A DNA stretch of 64,000 nt, taken from positions 2,520 through 66,519 of the forward strand of contig JAOUEW010000004.1 in NCBI GenBank assembly GCA_029858505.1. Reading direction: 5' to 3'. This document shows, in pieces, positions 18,641 to 27,930 of the stretch. How positions within the stretch are numbered: the stretch's first letter is position 1; each line of letters begins with the position of its first letter. The stretch comes from Deltaproteobacteria bacterium. Lineage in GTDB: Bacteria > SAR324 > JACQKK01. The position numbers and the translations under genes were made by a program. The notes below the pieces were generated by a model, which made no database searches, was not told the DNA's origin, and worked only from the letters and a program-made list of their open reading frames with translations.

Positions 18641-19672
18641 TTACCCCTGGGGTTTGGAGATTTTGCGGGCCTGGTGCACCGCCAGGGTGTAATAGGTGTT
18701 GGCCGTGCGGTGGAGTTCCACCTGGGTTTCGTGGTCTTTTTCTTGGTTCAGGGCGGCGGCCCGCTCGCAGCAGGCCAGGGCCAGCCGCATGGCTTGCAGG
18801 GTTTGGTAAGGGGCCAGCATGACGGGCAGGTCCCGGTCTTTGCGGGCGGTTTGGTAGCGCTTTAAAAACACCTCTCCCAGGTCATCCCGCTTGCGCAGGT
18901 GCAAGTCGTTCAAAAACAAAGCCACATCGCCCGCTTGATCGAGCAGGCGGTATTTTCGCTGACCCAACAGGGGCGAAAAGGCGGAGATGTCTTTGCCCTT
19001 CAAAAACAGGTGTTCCGGCAGAAAGGCCCCGTGGCCTTCCACGATCATCCCCTTTTTTTGCCGCTTGACGAACAATTTGCGGAAATCATCCACAAAGTGC
19101 TCCATGGGGCGGGAGATCATTTCGATCATGGGTTGGGTAAGGGCCTTGTCGATGTATTTTTTCGACTGATAGGCCACCTCTTCAAACAGTTCCCGGAAGT
19201 GTTCGGGGCGGCCAGCTTCGGCGGTGTCACGCTCGGAGGCCGGGTGGGCTTCATGGCGGCCGGCCAAAAAGCGGGCCACCCGCCCCATCAGGGTGGGGGT
19301 CACCTTGTTGTTGGCCAGCTCGTAGTCCATCCAGTAATGAGACGACAACTGGTCCATGACCAGGGCGTATTCCACCAGTTCGCCTTCTCCTCCCAGGGCA
19401 TAGCCCCCCGGGGTTTTCACGATTTTCACCACGTCTCGCACGTGGGCTTCGGCCCATTGGCGGCCCAGGGTTAGGCCCTCGGCGCAGTACAATTCTTTCA
19501 GGGCCAAGTTGGCAAACACCGGGCTGGCCTTCTTGATTTTGTAAACGGCATCCCCGGTGCGATACAGGTAAGCGTGGGGGGTTTCTTCAAATTTGATGCG
19601 CCGGGGAGCCGAGGGATAGGCCGCCTGGTCCATCATGTGCTTGTGATATTCGGGATAGTCTTTTTTCGCCAT
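18641..19672 (-). CDS. Protein-kinase-like (APH/CotS phosphotransferase fold) hypothetical protein; catalytic Asp replaced
   Basis: Start MAKKDYPEYHK at 19670-19672. 'IVEGHGAFLPEHLFL' and 'LLDQAGDVALFLNDL' align to the APH HGDxxxxN and DxxxxxxGDxxxDLA motifs, but HGD reads HGA. Confidence 0.5.
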   Translation of the reverse strand: MAKKDYPEYHKHMMDQAAYPSAPRRIKFEETPHAYLYRTGDAVYKIKKASPVFANLALKELYCAEGLTLGRQWAEAHVRDVVKIVKTPGGYALGGEGELVEYALVMDQLSSHYWMDYELANNKVTPTLMGRVARFLAGRHEAHPASERDTAEAGRPEHFRELFEEVAYQSKKYIDKALTQPMIEMISRPMEHFVDDFRKLFVKRQKKGMIVEGHGAFLPEHLFLKGKDISAFSPLLGQRKYRLLDQAGDVALFLNDLHLRKRDDLGEVFLKRYQTARKDRDLPVMLAPYQTLQAMRLALACCERAAALNQEKDHETQVELHRTANTYYTLAVHQARKISKPQG

Positions 19673-19940
19673 GATTCCCTCGGAGAAACAACGAAGACCA
19701 GGAGGATGCCAGACAATACCCACCCTTCCCGGTGCCCCATGGACGGAACCGGGGGGTTCCAGGGGGTTTTTGTTGAACAAATCTGATTTTATTCTTACCC
19801 CGTTTTGGGGAAAACCGCCAGCCAGTGGGCTACGAATGGTGATCCATGGGCGGTGAGCGGAGGGGGGTGAACCTGGGGGGAGCCTGTCAGCCCGCTGAAC
19901 TCCCCGCCGGATGGCCGAGCCTTTGCATCGCCCAGGGGCG

Positions 19941-20426
19941 TTACCACAGGGGCAAACCTGGAGCGATGCCAGCGGGGATGAAGTCTAGCCCCCACACCCG
20001 GCCCGCCCGGGCCATGATGAAGGCCACGCAGGCCACCGCCAGGGCAAAGTACAACCCCTGGGGGCCCAGGCCGTAATGAACCTCCAACAGCATGAAAAAC
20101 AGGGCGTAGGGAATCATCAGCAGGGAAATCAAGGGGGTGAGCAGCCCCAAAAACAGCAGCGCCCCGGCGGCCAGTTCCAGCACAGAAGTGTAATTCACAA
20201 ACAGTTCTTTATGGGGAAGCACTTGGCTTTGAACGAAGGACACAAACCAAGGATAGGGGTGCTTGGACAGATACAGGGTAAACAGGCGGTCCATTTCTCT
20301 GTGCCAATGGCCCCCCGCTTGAGGAAAATGGGCCAAGTCGATATGCGCCAGCCCCAATTTGAGAAACCAGACCCCTAAGGCGATGCGCAGCAGAGAAAGC
20401 CCCTTCAAAGCGTTGTCGTTGTCCAT
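19941..20426 (-). CDS. DoxX family membrane protein
   Basis: Start MDNDNALKG (ATG 20424-20426); 4 TM segments, 'LLRIALGVWFLKLG' DoxX-like N-terminus. Confidence 0.7.
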   Translation of the reverse strand: MDNDNALKGLSLLRIALGVWFLKLGLAHIDLAHFPQAGGHWHREMDRLFTLYLSKHPYPWFVSFVQSQVLPHKELFVNYTSVLELAAGALLFLGLLTPLISLLMIPYALFFMLLEVHYGLGPQGLYFALAVACVAFIMARAGRVWGLDFIPAGIAPGLPLW

Positions 20427-20535
20427 GGCAAAAGCCTCCGGCAGGAAGGGTGGGAGAAAGCCCCCGTTCCGTGGAGGCTCTCTATTCCCTATATACCGGC
20501 GCCATGCCTCGCAATGCAATGGGGGAACAGAAAGA

Positions 20536-20565
20536 TTGAAAAAAAATGCTTTTTGACGTTATAAT
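20536..20565 (+). promoter_or_regulatory. Putative sigma-70 promoter upstream of rpoD
   Basis: TTGAAA (20536-20541), 18-nt spacer, TATAAT (20560-20565), ~175 nt upstream of the rpoD ATG, in an AT-rich divergent intergenic region. Confidence 0.4.
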
Positions 20566-20741
20566 GATAGAACGGCTTACAATATACGTATAAAACAGGC
20601 GGAAATCCCCCCTGTGACCAGTTGCATGGCCATGTGACGATGGCTTTTGTGCGCCCATGTCTTTGCTCGCTTACCTGTGAACGCCCAGGCAATCCTGGCC
20701 GCAGCTTTTCGCATACCACCCTTCAAGGGAAATGATCATCC

Positions 20742-22598
20742 ATGACCGCTAAAAAAACCGCCAAGCCCCAAGCCAAAAAAACCGCCGCCGCGCCCGCCAA
20801 AATTGAAAAAGAAAAAGAACCCGTGAAAACCGATGCCGAGCCGCTGGATGAAGCGGGCGAGCGCAGCCGCGTGATTAAAAACCTGATTGCCACGGGGAAG
20901 GAAAAAGGGTTTTTAACCATTGATGAAATCAACGACGCCATCCCCAGCTCTGAAACCTCCAGCGAGCAGCTGGACGAAATCTTCGCGGTGTTGTCCGAGA
21001 TGAGCATTGAGGTGATGGATGCCGCCGGCAACCCCAACGTGCCGAAGACCGTGGCGGCCAATGGCGAAGAAGAAGAAGCCGCCGAAGAGCTGGACCTGGA
21101 ACCCCTGGCCGACACCCGCACCGACGACCCCGTGCGCATGTATTTGCGGGAAATGGGCCACATCAAACTTCTGACCCGGGAGGAAGAAGTCGAAATCTCC
21201 AAACGGATTGAAGAGGGCCAGCGGGAGATGATCGAGGTGCTGTCTCGTTCTCCCTTGGTGGTGCGCTATCTGCTGTCGCTGGGGGCCCGCCTGCACGTGG
21301 GCAAGGTGAAGGTGCAAGAAATCGTGTCGGGGATGGACGAGGACGACAACGTGATTGAGGAAGAAGGCGTGGCGGTGGCCAAGGTGCTGGATTCCATCAT
21401 GCAGGCCGCCACCCTGTGGAACAAAATGGAAAAAGCCAAGGCCCGCAAAGTGAAAGGGGCCAACGCTGGCAGTCAAATCGCCGACATGCGCCGGAAACTG
21501 TCTGAGGTCATTCAAAGCATCAACTTCAACTCTCGGCAGGTCAGTTCCATGTGCCAGGTGATTTTGCAGCACCGCGACAAACTGAACCTGACCACCAAGC
21601 AGCTGGCCCGCTATCAAAAAGAGCTGGGGGGCGAACCGGCCAAGGTGGAAGATTGGATCATGAAATGGCTGAAGGCCAAAGACACCCGCCGCAAAGAAGA
21701 AATGGCCGCCAAGCTGCGCCAAGAAACCGGCCACGAGGCGCGCATTGCCCGCCGCATTCTGGAAAAACTGCGGGTGAGCCAGCAGCGGGTGGACCGGCTG
21801 GTGTCTCAAAGCGAAATGAGCCGCGCAGAGTTTGAATCGGAAATCAAGCAGCTCACCACCTCGGAGCGCAAGGTGAAGCGGGCCAAAAGCCAGCTGACCG
21901 AAGCCAACCTGCGGCTGGTGATTTCCATCGCCAAAAAATACACCAACCGCGGCCTGCAGTTTTTGGACTTGATTCAAGAGGGCAACATTGGCCTGATGAA
22001 GGCGGTGGACAAGTTTGAATACCGCCGGGGCTACAAGTTTTCAACCTACGCCACTTGGTGGATTCGCCAGGCCATTACCCGGGCCATTGCAGACCAAGGC
22101 CGCACCATTCGGGTGCCGGTGCACATGATTGAAACCATGAACAAGCTGCTGCGCACCAGCCGCCACTTGGTTCAAGAACTGGGCCGGGAACCCACCCCAG
22201 AGGAAATCGCCCGCATTTTGGACTTGCCCCTGGACAAAGTGCGTAAGGTGTTCCAAATCGCCAAAGAGCCCACCTCGCTGGAAACCCCCATTGGGGAAGA
22301 GGAAGACTCTCACCTGGGAGATTTCATTCCGGACCTGAAGGTGGCCATGCCCGACGACAACACCATGCGCTCCAACTTGGTTGAAACCACCCGCTCGGTG
22401 TTGTCTTCTCTCACCCCCCGCGAGGAGAAAGTTCTCAAAATGCGCTTTGGCATTGGCGAGCGCCGCGACCACACCCTGGAGGAAATCGGCCAAGACTTCG
22501 ACGTGACCCGCGAGCGCATTCGGCAGATTGAAGCCAAGGCTTTGCGTAAGCTGCGGCACCCCACCCGCTCCAAAATGCTGAAAAGCTTTTACCAGTAA
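20742..22598 (+). CDS. rpoD: RNA polymerase primary sigma factor
   Basis: 618 aa; acidic N-terminal region, region 2.x '[24 protein letters not shown]', region 4 '[14 protein letters not shown]...TLEEIG'; RBS aaggga upstream. Confidence 0.97.
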   Translation: MTAKKTAKPQAKKTAAAPAKIEKEKEPVKTDAEPLDEAGERSRVIKNLIATGKEKGFLTIDEINDAIPSSETSSEQLDEIFAVLSEMSIEVMDAAGNPNVPKTVAANGEEEEAAEELDLEPLADTRTDDPVRMYLREMGHIKLLTREEEVEISKRIEEGQREMIEVLSRSPLVVRYLLSLGARLHVGKVKVQEIVSGMDEDDNVIEEEGVAVAKVLDSIMQAATLWNKMEKAKARKVKGANAGSQIADMRRKLSEVIQSINFNSRQVSSMCQVILQHRDKLNLTTKQLARYQKELGGEPAKVEDWIMKWLKAKDTRRKEEMAAKLRQETGHEARIARRILEKLRVSQQRVDRLVSQSEMSRAEFESEIKQLTTSERKVKRAKSQLTEANLRLVISIAKKYTNRGLQFLDLIQEGNIGLMKAVDKFEYRRGYKFSTYATWWIRQAITRAIADQGRTIRVPVHMIETMNKLLRTSRHLVQELGREPTPEEIARILDLPLDKVRKVFQIAKEPTSLETPIGEEEDSHLGDFIPDLKVAMPDDNTMRSNLVETTRSVLSSLTPREEKVLKMRFGIGERRDHTLEEIGQDFDVTRERIRQIEAKALRKLRHPTRSKMLKSFYQ

Positions 22599-22826
22599 AG
22601 CGGGTGGTGAACGGGTGGTGTTCGATGGCTCGGCAAGCGAAACCCTCCCGTTCTTCATGTTCCCGATGGTTTCTTCGTTTTCTGACGCCCTCTCTTTCCG
22701 CCACGGGAAGGGGGGGCGTTGTTCATTGAGTTGGGGCCGAATTTCTGCTATTCTTTCTGCGGATGAATTCATAAAAAGAATCGCTGGTTTCCGTTCACGC
22801 AGGCGCAACTCACGCGGGTGTGGTTC

Positions 22827-23069
22827 ATGCGGGTGAAGGTCCAACTGTTTGCGTTTCTGCGGGAGGCGTTGGGAGACGCGGTGGAGCTGGAAGTGCCCGA
22901 ACCGGTGACGGCGGGAAAACTGAAACAGGCGTTCTTGGTTCGCTACCCCCAATATCAACCAGCGGCCGCCAGTTTGCGGGTGGCGGTGGATCACGAATTT
23001 GCCGGGGAGGACACGCCCCTGGGCCCAAACAGTGAAACCGCCCTGCTGCCGCCAGTCACGGGAGGGTAA
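22827..23069 (+). CDS. moaD: Molybdopterin synthase sulfur-carrier subunit
   Basis: ATG at 22827 (MRVKVQLFAFLREALG...), ~80 aa, ends in Gly-Gly (VTGG) as MoaD/ThiS carriers do. Confidence 0.8.
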   Translation: MRVKVQLFAFLREALGDAVELEVPEPVTAGKLKQAFLVRYPQYQPAAASLRVAVDHEFAGEDTPLGPNSETALLPPVTGG

Positions 23070-23074
23070 CGGTA

Positions 23075-23170
23075 ACGGTAAGGGTAAAAGGGGAGTGGGA
23101 GTCGGGGGGAGTAGGGGGAATTAGGGGGGAATATGGGGAGATGTTGGAGTTTATGGGAGTACAGGGGGCG
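23075..23170 (+). other. Purine-only G-tract low-complexity region (possible G-quadruplex former)
   Basis: ~95 nt almost devoid of C on the + strand: 'ggtaacggtaagggtaaaaggggagtgggagtcgggggggagtagggggaattaggggggaatatggggagatg...'; a second similar tract at ~23700-23800. Confidence 0.5.
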
Positions 23171-23230
23171 AAGCCCCCAGGAAAATCATGTTCTTGAACG
23201 GTCTGCACAAACCACAGGATCACACAAAAG

Positions 23231-23662
23231 ATGGCCGGACGGCTGACCTATGACCCCATCCGAGTCGAAGACCTGACCGGAATCGTCTCCTCGGAGGAAG
23301 CCGGGGCGGTGGCGGTGTTTCTGGGGGTGGTGAGGAACCACGCCGCGGGCAAACAAGGCGAACGAAAAGAAGTGACCCATTTGGAATACCAAGCCTACCC
23401 CGAAATGGCCCTGGCCCAAATGGATAAAATCGAGCGGCAAGCCATGCAACGCTGGCGCCTGGAAGCCCTTCAGGTAACCCACCGGCTGGGGCGGTTGAGT
23501 GTGGGAGAGGCCAGCGTGGCCATCGCCGTGTCGTCGGCCCATCGGGCCGAAGCCATGGAAGCCTGCCGGTTTGTGATTGAAGAATTAAAAAAATCCGTTC
23601 CCATCTGGAAGAAAGAGTTTTTTCGCGATGGGTCGGTGTGGGTAGACTCCGGACAGGGATAA
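23231..23662 (+). CDS. moaE: Molybdopterin synthase catalytic subunit
   Basis: 143 aa; MoaE-like; downstream of moaD. Confidence 0.8.
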   Translation: MAGRLTYDPIRVEDLTGIVSSEEAGAVAVFLGVVRNHAAGKQGERKEVTHLEYQAYPEMALAQMDKIERQAMQRWRLEALQVTHRLGRLSVGEASVAIAVSSAHRAEAMEACRFVIEELKKSVPIWKKEFFRDGSVWVDSGQG

Positions 23663-23864
23663 GGGAAGGACCCGGTTCGTCAATGCTTCTTGGTAAGGGT
23701 CAGCAGGGACCAGGGGGTGGTGAGGGGCTTGAGGCGTTGGGATTTTGAAGGACTTAGGAGAGTTTTGGGGGAGTTGTCGGCAGGCGCTTCAGGGCAGGGG
23801 CATTCATGGTCGTTCCAAACCACACGTTTCCAAACGTTATTCCCTCTAAGGATCAAAATCCACT

Positions 23865-24149
23865 ATGAGCCTCGAACAAACCGGTGCCCACCAGCGCCAA
23901 GAATCCCGGGAAGAAGTAAACCACATTTGCAACTATACCACCAAGCAGGTTTCTACTCCGGGAAACCTGATTGACATCACACCCACCGGGGCCGGAATGG
24001 AGTGCTCGGTGCCTTTTCATCCGGGAGAGTCGGGGGACCTGGAGGTAACCGTGATGCACCTTCGGGTGCTGGCCGAGGTGAAATGGTGCCTGCCCTTCCG
24101 TGATAAATACCGGGTGGGTCTGGCGTTTCTGCACGTGTACGAAGATTGA
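23865..24149 (+). CDS. Small PilZ-domain-like protein (putative c-di-GMP receptor)
   Basis: 94 aa; RxxxR (RQESR) then D-I-T-P-T-G (DxSxxG-like) about 22 aa later, the PilZ signature spacing. Confidence 0.45.
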   Translation: MSLEQTGAHQRQESREEVNHICNYTTKQVSTPGNLIDITPTGAGMECSVPFHPGESGDLEVTVMHLRVLAEVKWCLPFRDKYRVGLAFLHVYED

Positions 24150-24165
24150 AAACAAAGAGGAAGAA

Positions 24166-24786
24166 CTAACGGGCCTTGGCCAACTGGCTGCGAATGTATC
24201 GCTTGACCAGGGGGTCGTTCCAGCGGCGGGGCCCCAGGGCCGAACCCAACATCATCATGTCTGGCCCAATTAAAATCGTCCGGGGAATTCCATCCACCCG
24301 GTACAATTTGCTCACCAACAGCTGCTCATCCAGCAGCACGGGAAAGGTCAACCCGTTTTCTTTTAAATACTTCACCACTTTGTCCGGCTTGTCATCCCCC
24401 GAAATTCCCAGCACCACCACGTTTTCCCCTTCCATGGCCGTGGCCAGTTGTTGCAGCTCTGGCATTTCGGCTTTGCAGGGCTCGCACCAAGTGGCCCAAA
24501 AATTCAGCACGATGAACTTTCCCCGGTAGTCGTACAGGTTGGGTTTGCTTTTGTTGATGGGGGTGCCGGAGAAATCAATGGCCTCATAGGGGAAGTTGGC
24601 TTTTTTCACCCGCATTTGGCGAAAGAACTGCTCGTCTTCGTCGTGGCTGCCTTCGTGGGTTAGCTTAAAAACCAAGAACACCCCGAAGGCGGTCAGCATC
24701 AACAGGGCCGCCCCCAGCAGCACCAGGGTTTGCAGGGCGGTGTGGCCGCGGGTCAGCCGGTAGCGAAGGGTGGAAAACAAGCTCAT
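24166..24786 (-). CDS. TlpA/ResA-family thiol-disulfide oxidoreductase (membrane-anchored redoxin)
   Basis: Start MSLFSTL (ATG 24784-24786); N-terminal TM anchor; active site WCEPC in 'LNFWATWCEPCKAEMP'. Confidence 0.8.
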   Translation of the reverse strand: MSLFSTLRYRLTRGHTALQTLVLLGAALLMLTAFGVFLVFKLTHEGSHDEDEQFFRQMRVKKANFPYEAIDFSGTPINKSKPNLYDYRGKFIVLNFWATWCEPCKAEMPELQQLATAMEGENVVVLGISGDDKPDKVVKYLKENGLTFPVLLDEQLLVSKLYRVDGIPRTILIGPDMMMLGSALGPRRWNDPLVKRYIRSQLAKAR

Positions 24787-24801
24787 GGCACACAAACGGG
24801 T

Positions 24802-26256
24802 TTAGGGTGAGGCGGGAGAATTCCGGGGCGAAAGTTCCGCCCGCTGCACCAGGGCGCGGAAGCGTTCTCCCCGCACTTTGTAATTGGGGAACATGTCAAA
24901 ACTGGCACAGGCGGGGCTGAACAGCAACACGCCGGGTTGGTGGTTCAGGGCTTCCAGGGCCAAGTCAAAAGCCTGCTCTAGCCCAGGGGCCCGCAGCATG
25001 GGGGGGGGGTTCCGCCCCAGGCGGCGGGCGGAGTTTTCCAGTTCGTTCATCATCCGTTCCGCGGTTTGGCCCATAAACACCGCCCGCCGCAGGGTGGGGT
25101 GTTCCGCCAGCACGGCCATCAGTTCGGAAAAATCGGCGTTTTTTTCCGAGCCCCCCAAAATCATGGCCAGGGGTTGGCCAAAAGAACGGGCGGCGGCCAG
25201 GGCCGCGTCGGGGCGGGTAGCGTAGGAATCGTTGTAACACACCGCTCCGTTCACCACTCCGGCCCGTTCCAGCCGGTGGGGCAGGCCGGGGAATTGGGCG
25301 ATGGCCTTCAAGGCCCGCTCGCCATCGGCCCCCAGGGCCATGGCGGCCAGCCAAGCGGCGGCGGCGTTCTCGCGGTTAAAGTCTCCCGGCATGGCCAAAT
25401 GGCTCAGGGCCGCCAGGGGCTGGGGGCTGTGGCCCTCCGCAAAGTGGGCCAGCAGGTTGTCGGGTGTGTTTTCCCAAAGGCCCACCCCGGCCTTCACTGG
25501 ACCGGTCAGGCTAACCGCCAGGGCGGACCCGCGCCAACCCTGGGCCAACGCTCGGCTGCCCGGGCTGTCTTGGCAGAAAATCAGGGTTTGGGCGGAGGGG
25601 TCTTCGCCCAGCAGGCGGCCCTTGGCGGCCAGGTACTCGGCTTGGTCCAGGTGCCAGTTCAGGTGTTCCGAAGAGGTTCGCAGAATCACGGCCACTTCGG
25701 GGCGGCGGCCCTCCAGGTCCATCAATTGAAAGCTCGACAGTTCCAGCACCGCCACCGGAACGGGAGATTGGTCGGACAACTCGGTGAGGAAGCGCAGGGG
25801 GTTCTGGCCAATGTTCCCCCCCGCCAGGGCGGGAATGCCCGCGGCTTCCAGGGCCAGTTGCAGCAGGGTGGTGGCGGTGCCCTTGCCCACCGTGCCGGTG
25901 ATGCCCGCCACCTTGCCCGGCCAAGCCTCCAAAAACAGGCGGGTGGCGGTGGTGACCCGCGCACCGGCCCGCCGGGCCTCTGCCAGCCCTGGGGTGTCGG
26001 GGCGAATGCCAGGAGAGCGGATGACCGTGGCGCATTCCTTGGCCTGGTTCAAATAGTCTGGCCCGAAAAAAAACGGCAGGTGATTCCAGGGGTCCTGGGG
26101 GTCAAACCCCGCCTTGTCCCGGTCCATCACCCGGAGGTCGCGGATTCCCCGTTCCCACAGGTATTCCACCGTGGCCCGACCTTCAACCCCGTAGCCTGCC
26201 ACCCCCACCGGTTCGGTCAGGCGGATAGTTTCGCTGGATGCTCCCCGTTGCGCCAT
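24802..26256 (-). CDS. murD: UDP-N-acetylmuramoyl-L-alanine--D-glutamate ligase
   Basis: 484 aa; Mur ligase P-loop 'GITGTVGKGTAT', 'LELSSFQL', N-terminal GYGVEG Rossmann-like region typical of MurD. Confidence 0.8.
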   Translation of the reverse strand: MAQRGASSETIRLTEPVGVAGYGVEGRATVEYLWERGIRDLRVMDRDKAGFDPQDPWNHLPFFFGPDYLNQAKECATVIRSPGIRPDTPGLAEARRAGARVTTATRLFLEAWPGKVAGITGTVGKGTATTLLQLALEAAGIPALAGGNIGQNPLRFLTELSDQSPVPVAVLELSSFQLMDLEGRRPEVAVILRTSSEHLNWHLDQAEYLAAKGRLLGEDPSAQTLIFCQDSPGSRALAQGWRGSALAVSLTGPVKAGVGLWENTPDNLLAHFAEGHSPQPLAALSHLAMPGDFNRENAAAAWLAAMALGADGERALKAIAQFPGLPHRLERAGVVNGAVCYNDSYATRPDAALAAARSFGQPLAMILGGSEKNADFSELMAVLAEHPTLRRAVFMGQTAERMMNELENSARRLGRNPPPMLRAPGLEQAFDLALEALNHQPGVLLFSPACASFDMFPNYKVRGERFRALVQRAELSPRNSPASP

Positions 26257-26379
26257 GTTTCCGTCAAGAATATAATGAAAAAAATGGATGCGGTGATGGA
26301 TGGCATCCAGGCTAACCTATTCATTTCGGGTTGGGTATTCACCCCCCCGCTTCCATTCCCATCTTTCCCAAGGAACCCC

Positions 26380-26700
26380 ATGGCCAGCAGCAAAATTGTG
26401 CATCTCAGCGAAGACACCTTCGATCAGGGCGTGAAAACCGGGCTGACCCTGGTGGATTTTTGGGCCGAGTGGTGCGGACCCTGCTTGGCCCTGAACCCCA
26501 CCATTGATGAAATTGCCGAAAAATACGATGGCAAGGTGCGGGTGGCCAAGGTGAACATTGACCAAAACCCCTCCATCCCCATGAAGTTTGGGGTGCGGGG
26601 AATTCCCACCCTGATTTTGCTGAAAGACGGCCAACAAAAAGACATGTTCGTGGGCAACGCCCCGGCCAAAATTAAAGAAATGGTGGAGCGGGCCGTTTAA
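26380..26700 (+). CDS. trxA: Thioredoxin
   Basis: 106 aa; ATG 26380 preceded by RBS aaggaa; WCGPC active site; embedded at the end of a long spurious antisense-of-murD ORF. Confidence 0.95.
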   Translation: MASSKIVHLSEDTFDQGVKTGLTLVDFWAEWCGPCLALNPTIDEIAEKYDGKVRVAKVNIDQNPSIPMKFGVRGIPTLILLKDGQQKDMFVGNAPAKIKEMVERAV

Positions 26701-26716
26701 CCCGGCTGCCAATGCC

Positions 26717-27553
26717 ATGCACAAATACGTGATGGTGGTGGCCTATCAGGGCAGCGGGTACATGGGCTGGCAGGTGCAGTCTCACGGCCCATCGGTTTGT
26801 GGTGCCCTGCAGGCCGCCCTGGCCACCATCACCCGCCAGCCAGTGAAGCTGCATGGTTCTGGCCGCACCGATGCGGGGGTGCATGCCCTGAACCAAGTGG
26901 CCCACGTTGAACTCACCCATCCGGTGGACCCACGCCGCCTGCGGCAGTCTTTAAACGCTCTGGCGGGGGAGGGCATCGCCGTCAAGCGCATTCTGCCGGT
27001 TTCTCGCCATTTTCACGCCCGCCACAGTGCCCTGGGCAAAACCTATCGTTATCTTGTTCACAATCGGCCCTGGCCGCCGGTGTTTTCTCCCACGGCCTGT
27101 CATTGGGTTTCTCGCCCGTTGAACATGGGGGCCATGCAGGCCGCGGCGGCCTATTTGCTGGGCACCCACGATTTCTCATCGTTCCGGGCGGCAGGCTGCG
27201 TGGCCCATTCTCCGGTGCGCCACATGCGGCGGGTTTCGGTGGAAAAACACCCCGACAACGATACCCTGGTGCTGGAATTTGAGGGGAGCGGATTTTTGCA
27301 GCATATGTCCCGCATTTTGGCGGGGACCCTGCTGGAGGTGGGGATGGAAAAGCGCGAGCCGGAGGACATTCCGGCCATTTTGGCCGCCCGGCAGCGGGAG
27401 CGGGCTGGCATTACCGCGCCAGCGGAGGGGTTGTATTTGGCGCGGGTGTTTTATGATACCGACATCTTTCCTGAACTGCTGGCGTTGGAGGATTTGTTTG
27501 GCCCGCCGGGGGCTCCGGCCCAGCCCTGGCCGCCGCGGCAGCCCCACGCGTAA
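26717..27553 (+). CDS. truA: tRNA pseudouridine(38-40) synthase
   Basis: 278 aa; 'GSGRTDAGVHAL' catalytic Asp motif of TruA. Confidence 0.9.
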   Translation: MHKYVMVVAYQGSGYMGWQVQSHGPSVCGALQAALATITRQPVKLHGSGRTDAGVHALNQVAHVELTHPVDPRRLRQSLNALAGEGIAVKRILPVSRHFHARHSALGKTYRYLVHNRPWPPVFSPTACHWVSRPLNMGAMQAAAAYLLGTHDFSSFRAAGCVAHSPVRHMRRVSVEKHPDNDTLVLEFEGSGFLQHMSRILAGTLLEVGMEKREPEDIPAILAARQRERAGITAPAEGLYLARVFYDTDIFPELLALEDLFGPPGAPAQPWPPRQPHA

Positions 27554-27586
27554 CCCAATTTCTTCGCCAGATTATTTCCAACAAAA

Positions 27587-27640
27587 AGCCCCCTGATTTT
27601 GGATCAGGAGGCGGATTCATCATTCTTCTTTTCTTCGCTT
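27587..27640 (+). terminator. Possible terminator after truA
   Basis: 'ccctgattttggatcagg' short hairpin followed by T/C-rich 'attcttcttttcttcgc'. Weak. Confidence 0.3.
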
Positions 27641-27771
27641 CTATTTTAGCTTCTATTTCTTTCCGGCATATCGAATATCCTCCCAACGTTGATTCCCGGC
27701 CCGGCCCTTCGAATTCCTCCCGATTCCACACTCCCGGATGGTTGAATCATCCTGCGCCATGCTGGGACCGG

Positions 27772-27930
27772 TTAAAATCCGGGATTCCGCTTCATGTATC
27801 GCTCAATTTCTTGATTCAACTTTTCAATTTCAGTTTCTACCGAGGCCCGAACGGCTTTGGTGGCGGCGGTTTCGGTGAGGGTGTTTTTCAACTGGGTCCG
27901 GCGGGCAAGCAATTCAGGTAAACGTTTCAT
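27772..27930 (-). CDS. Small coiled-coil hypothetical protein (52 aa)
   Basis: MKRLPELLARRTQLKNTLTETAATKAVRASVETEIEKLNQEIERYMKRNPGF; ATG 27928-27930; good codon usage; lies in a ~0.7 kb lower-GC pyrimidine-rich intergenic region with an operator-like palindrome just upstream. Confidence 0.45.
   Translation of the reverse strand: MKRLPELLARRTQLKNTLTETAATKAVRASVETEIEKLNQEIERYMKRNPGF

Noticed and set aside
19673-19940. 268-nt gap between two minus-strand genes with ORF 19795..19995(-)
   Set aside because: The ORF is Pro/His/Gly-rich and unconvincing; no RNA family was recognised by eye; left unannotated.
20553-20565. TTGACG as -35 paired with TTATAAT
   Set aside because: Only about 1 nt spacing; the upstream TTGAAA with an 18-nt spacer was used instead.
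20913-21977. 354-aa minus-strand ORF inside rpoD
   Set aside because: Antisense of rpoD; His/Gly/Phe-rich junk.
25066-26379. Upstream 438 aa of the 544-aa + ORF 25066..26700
   Set aside because: Only the last 106 codons (trxA, ATG 26380 with RBS) are real; the rest is antisense to murD.
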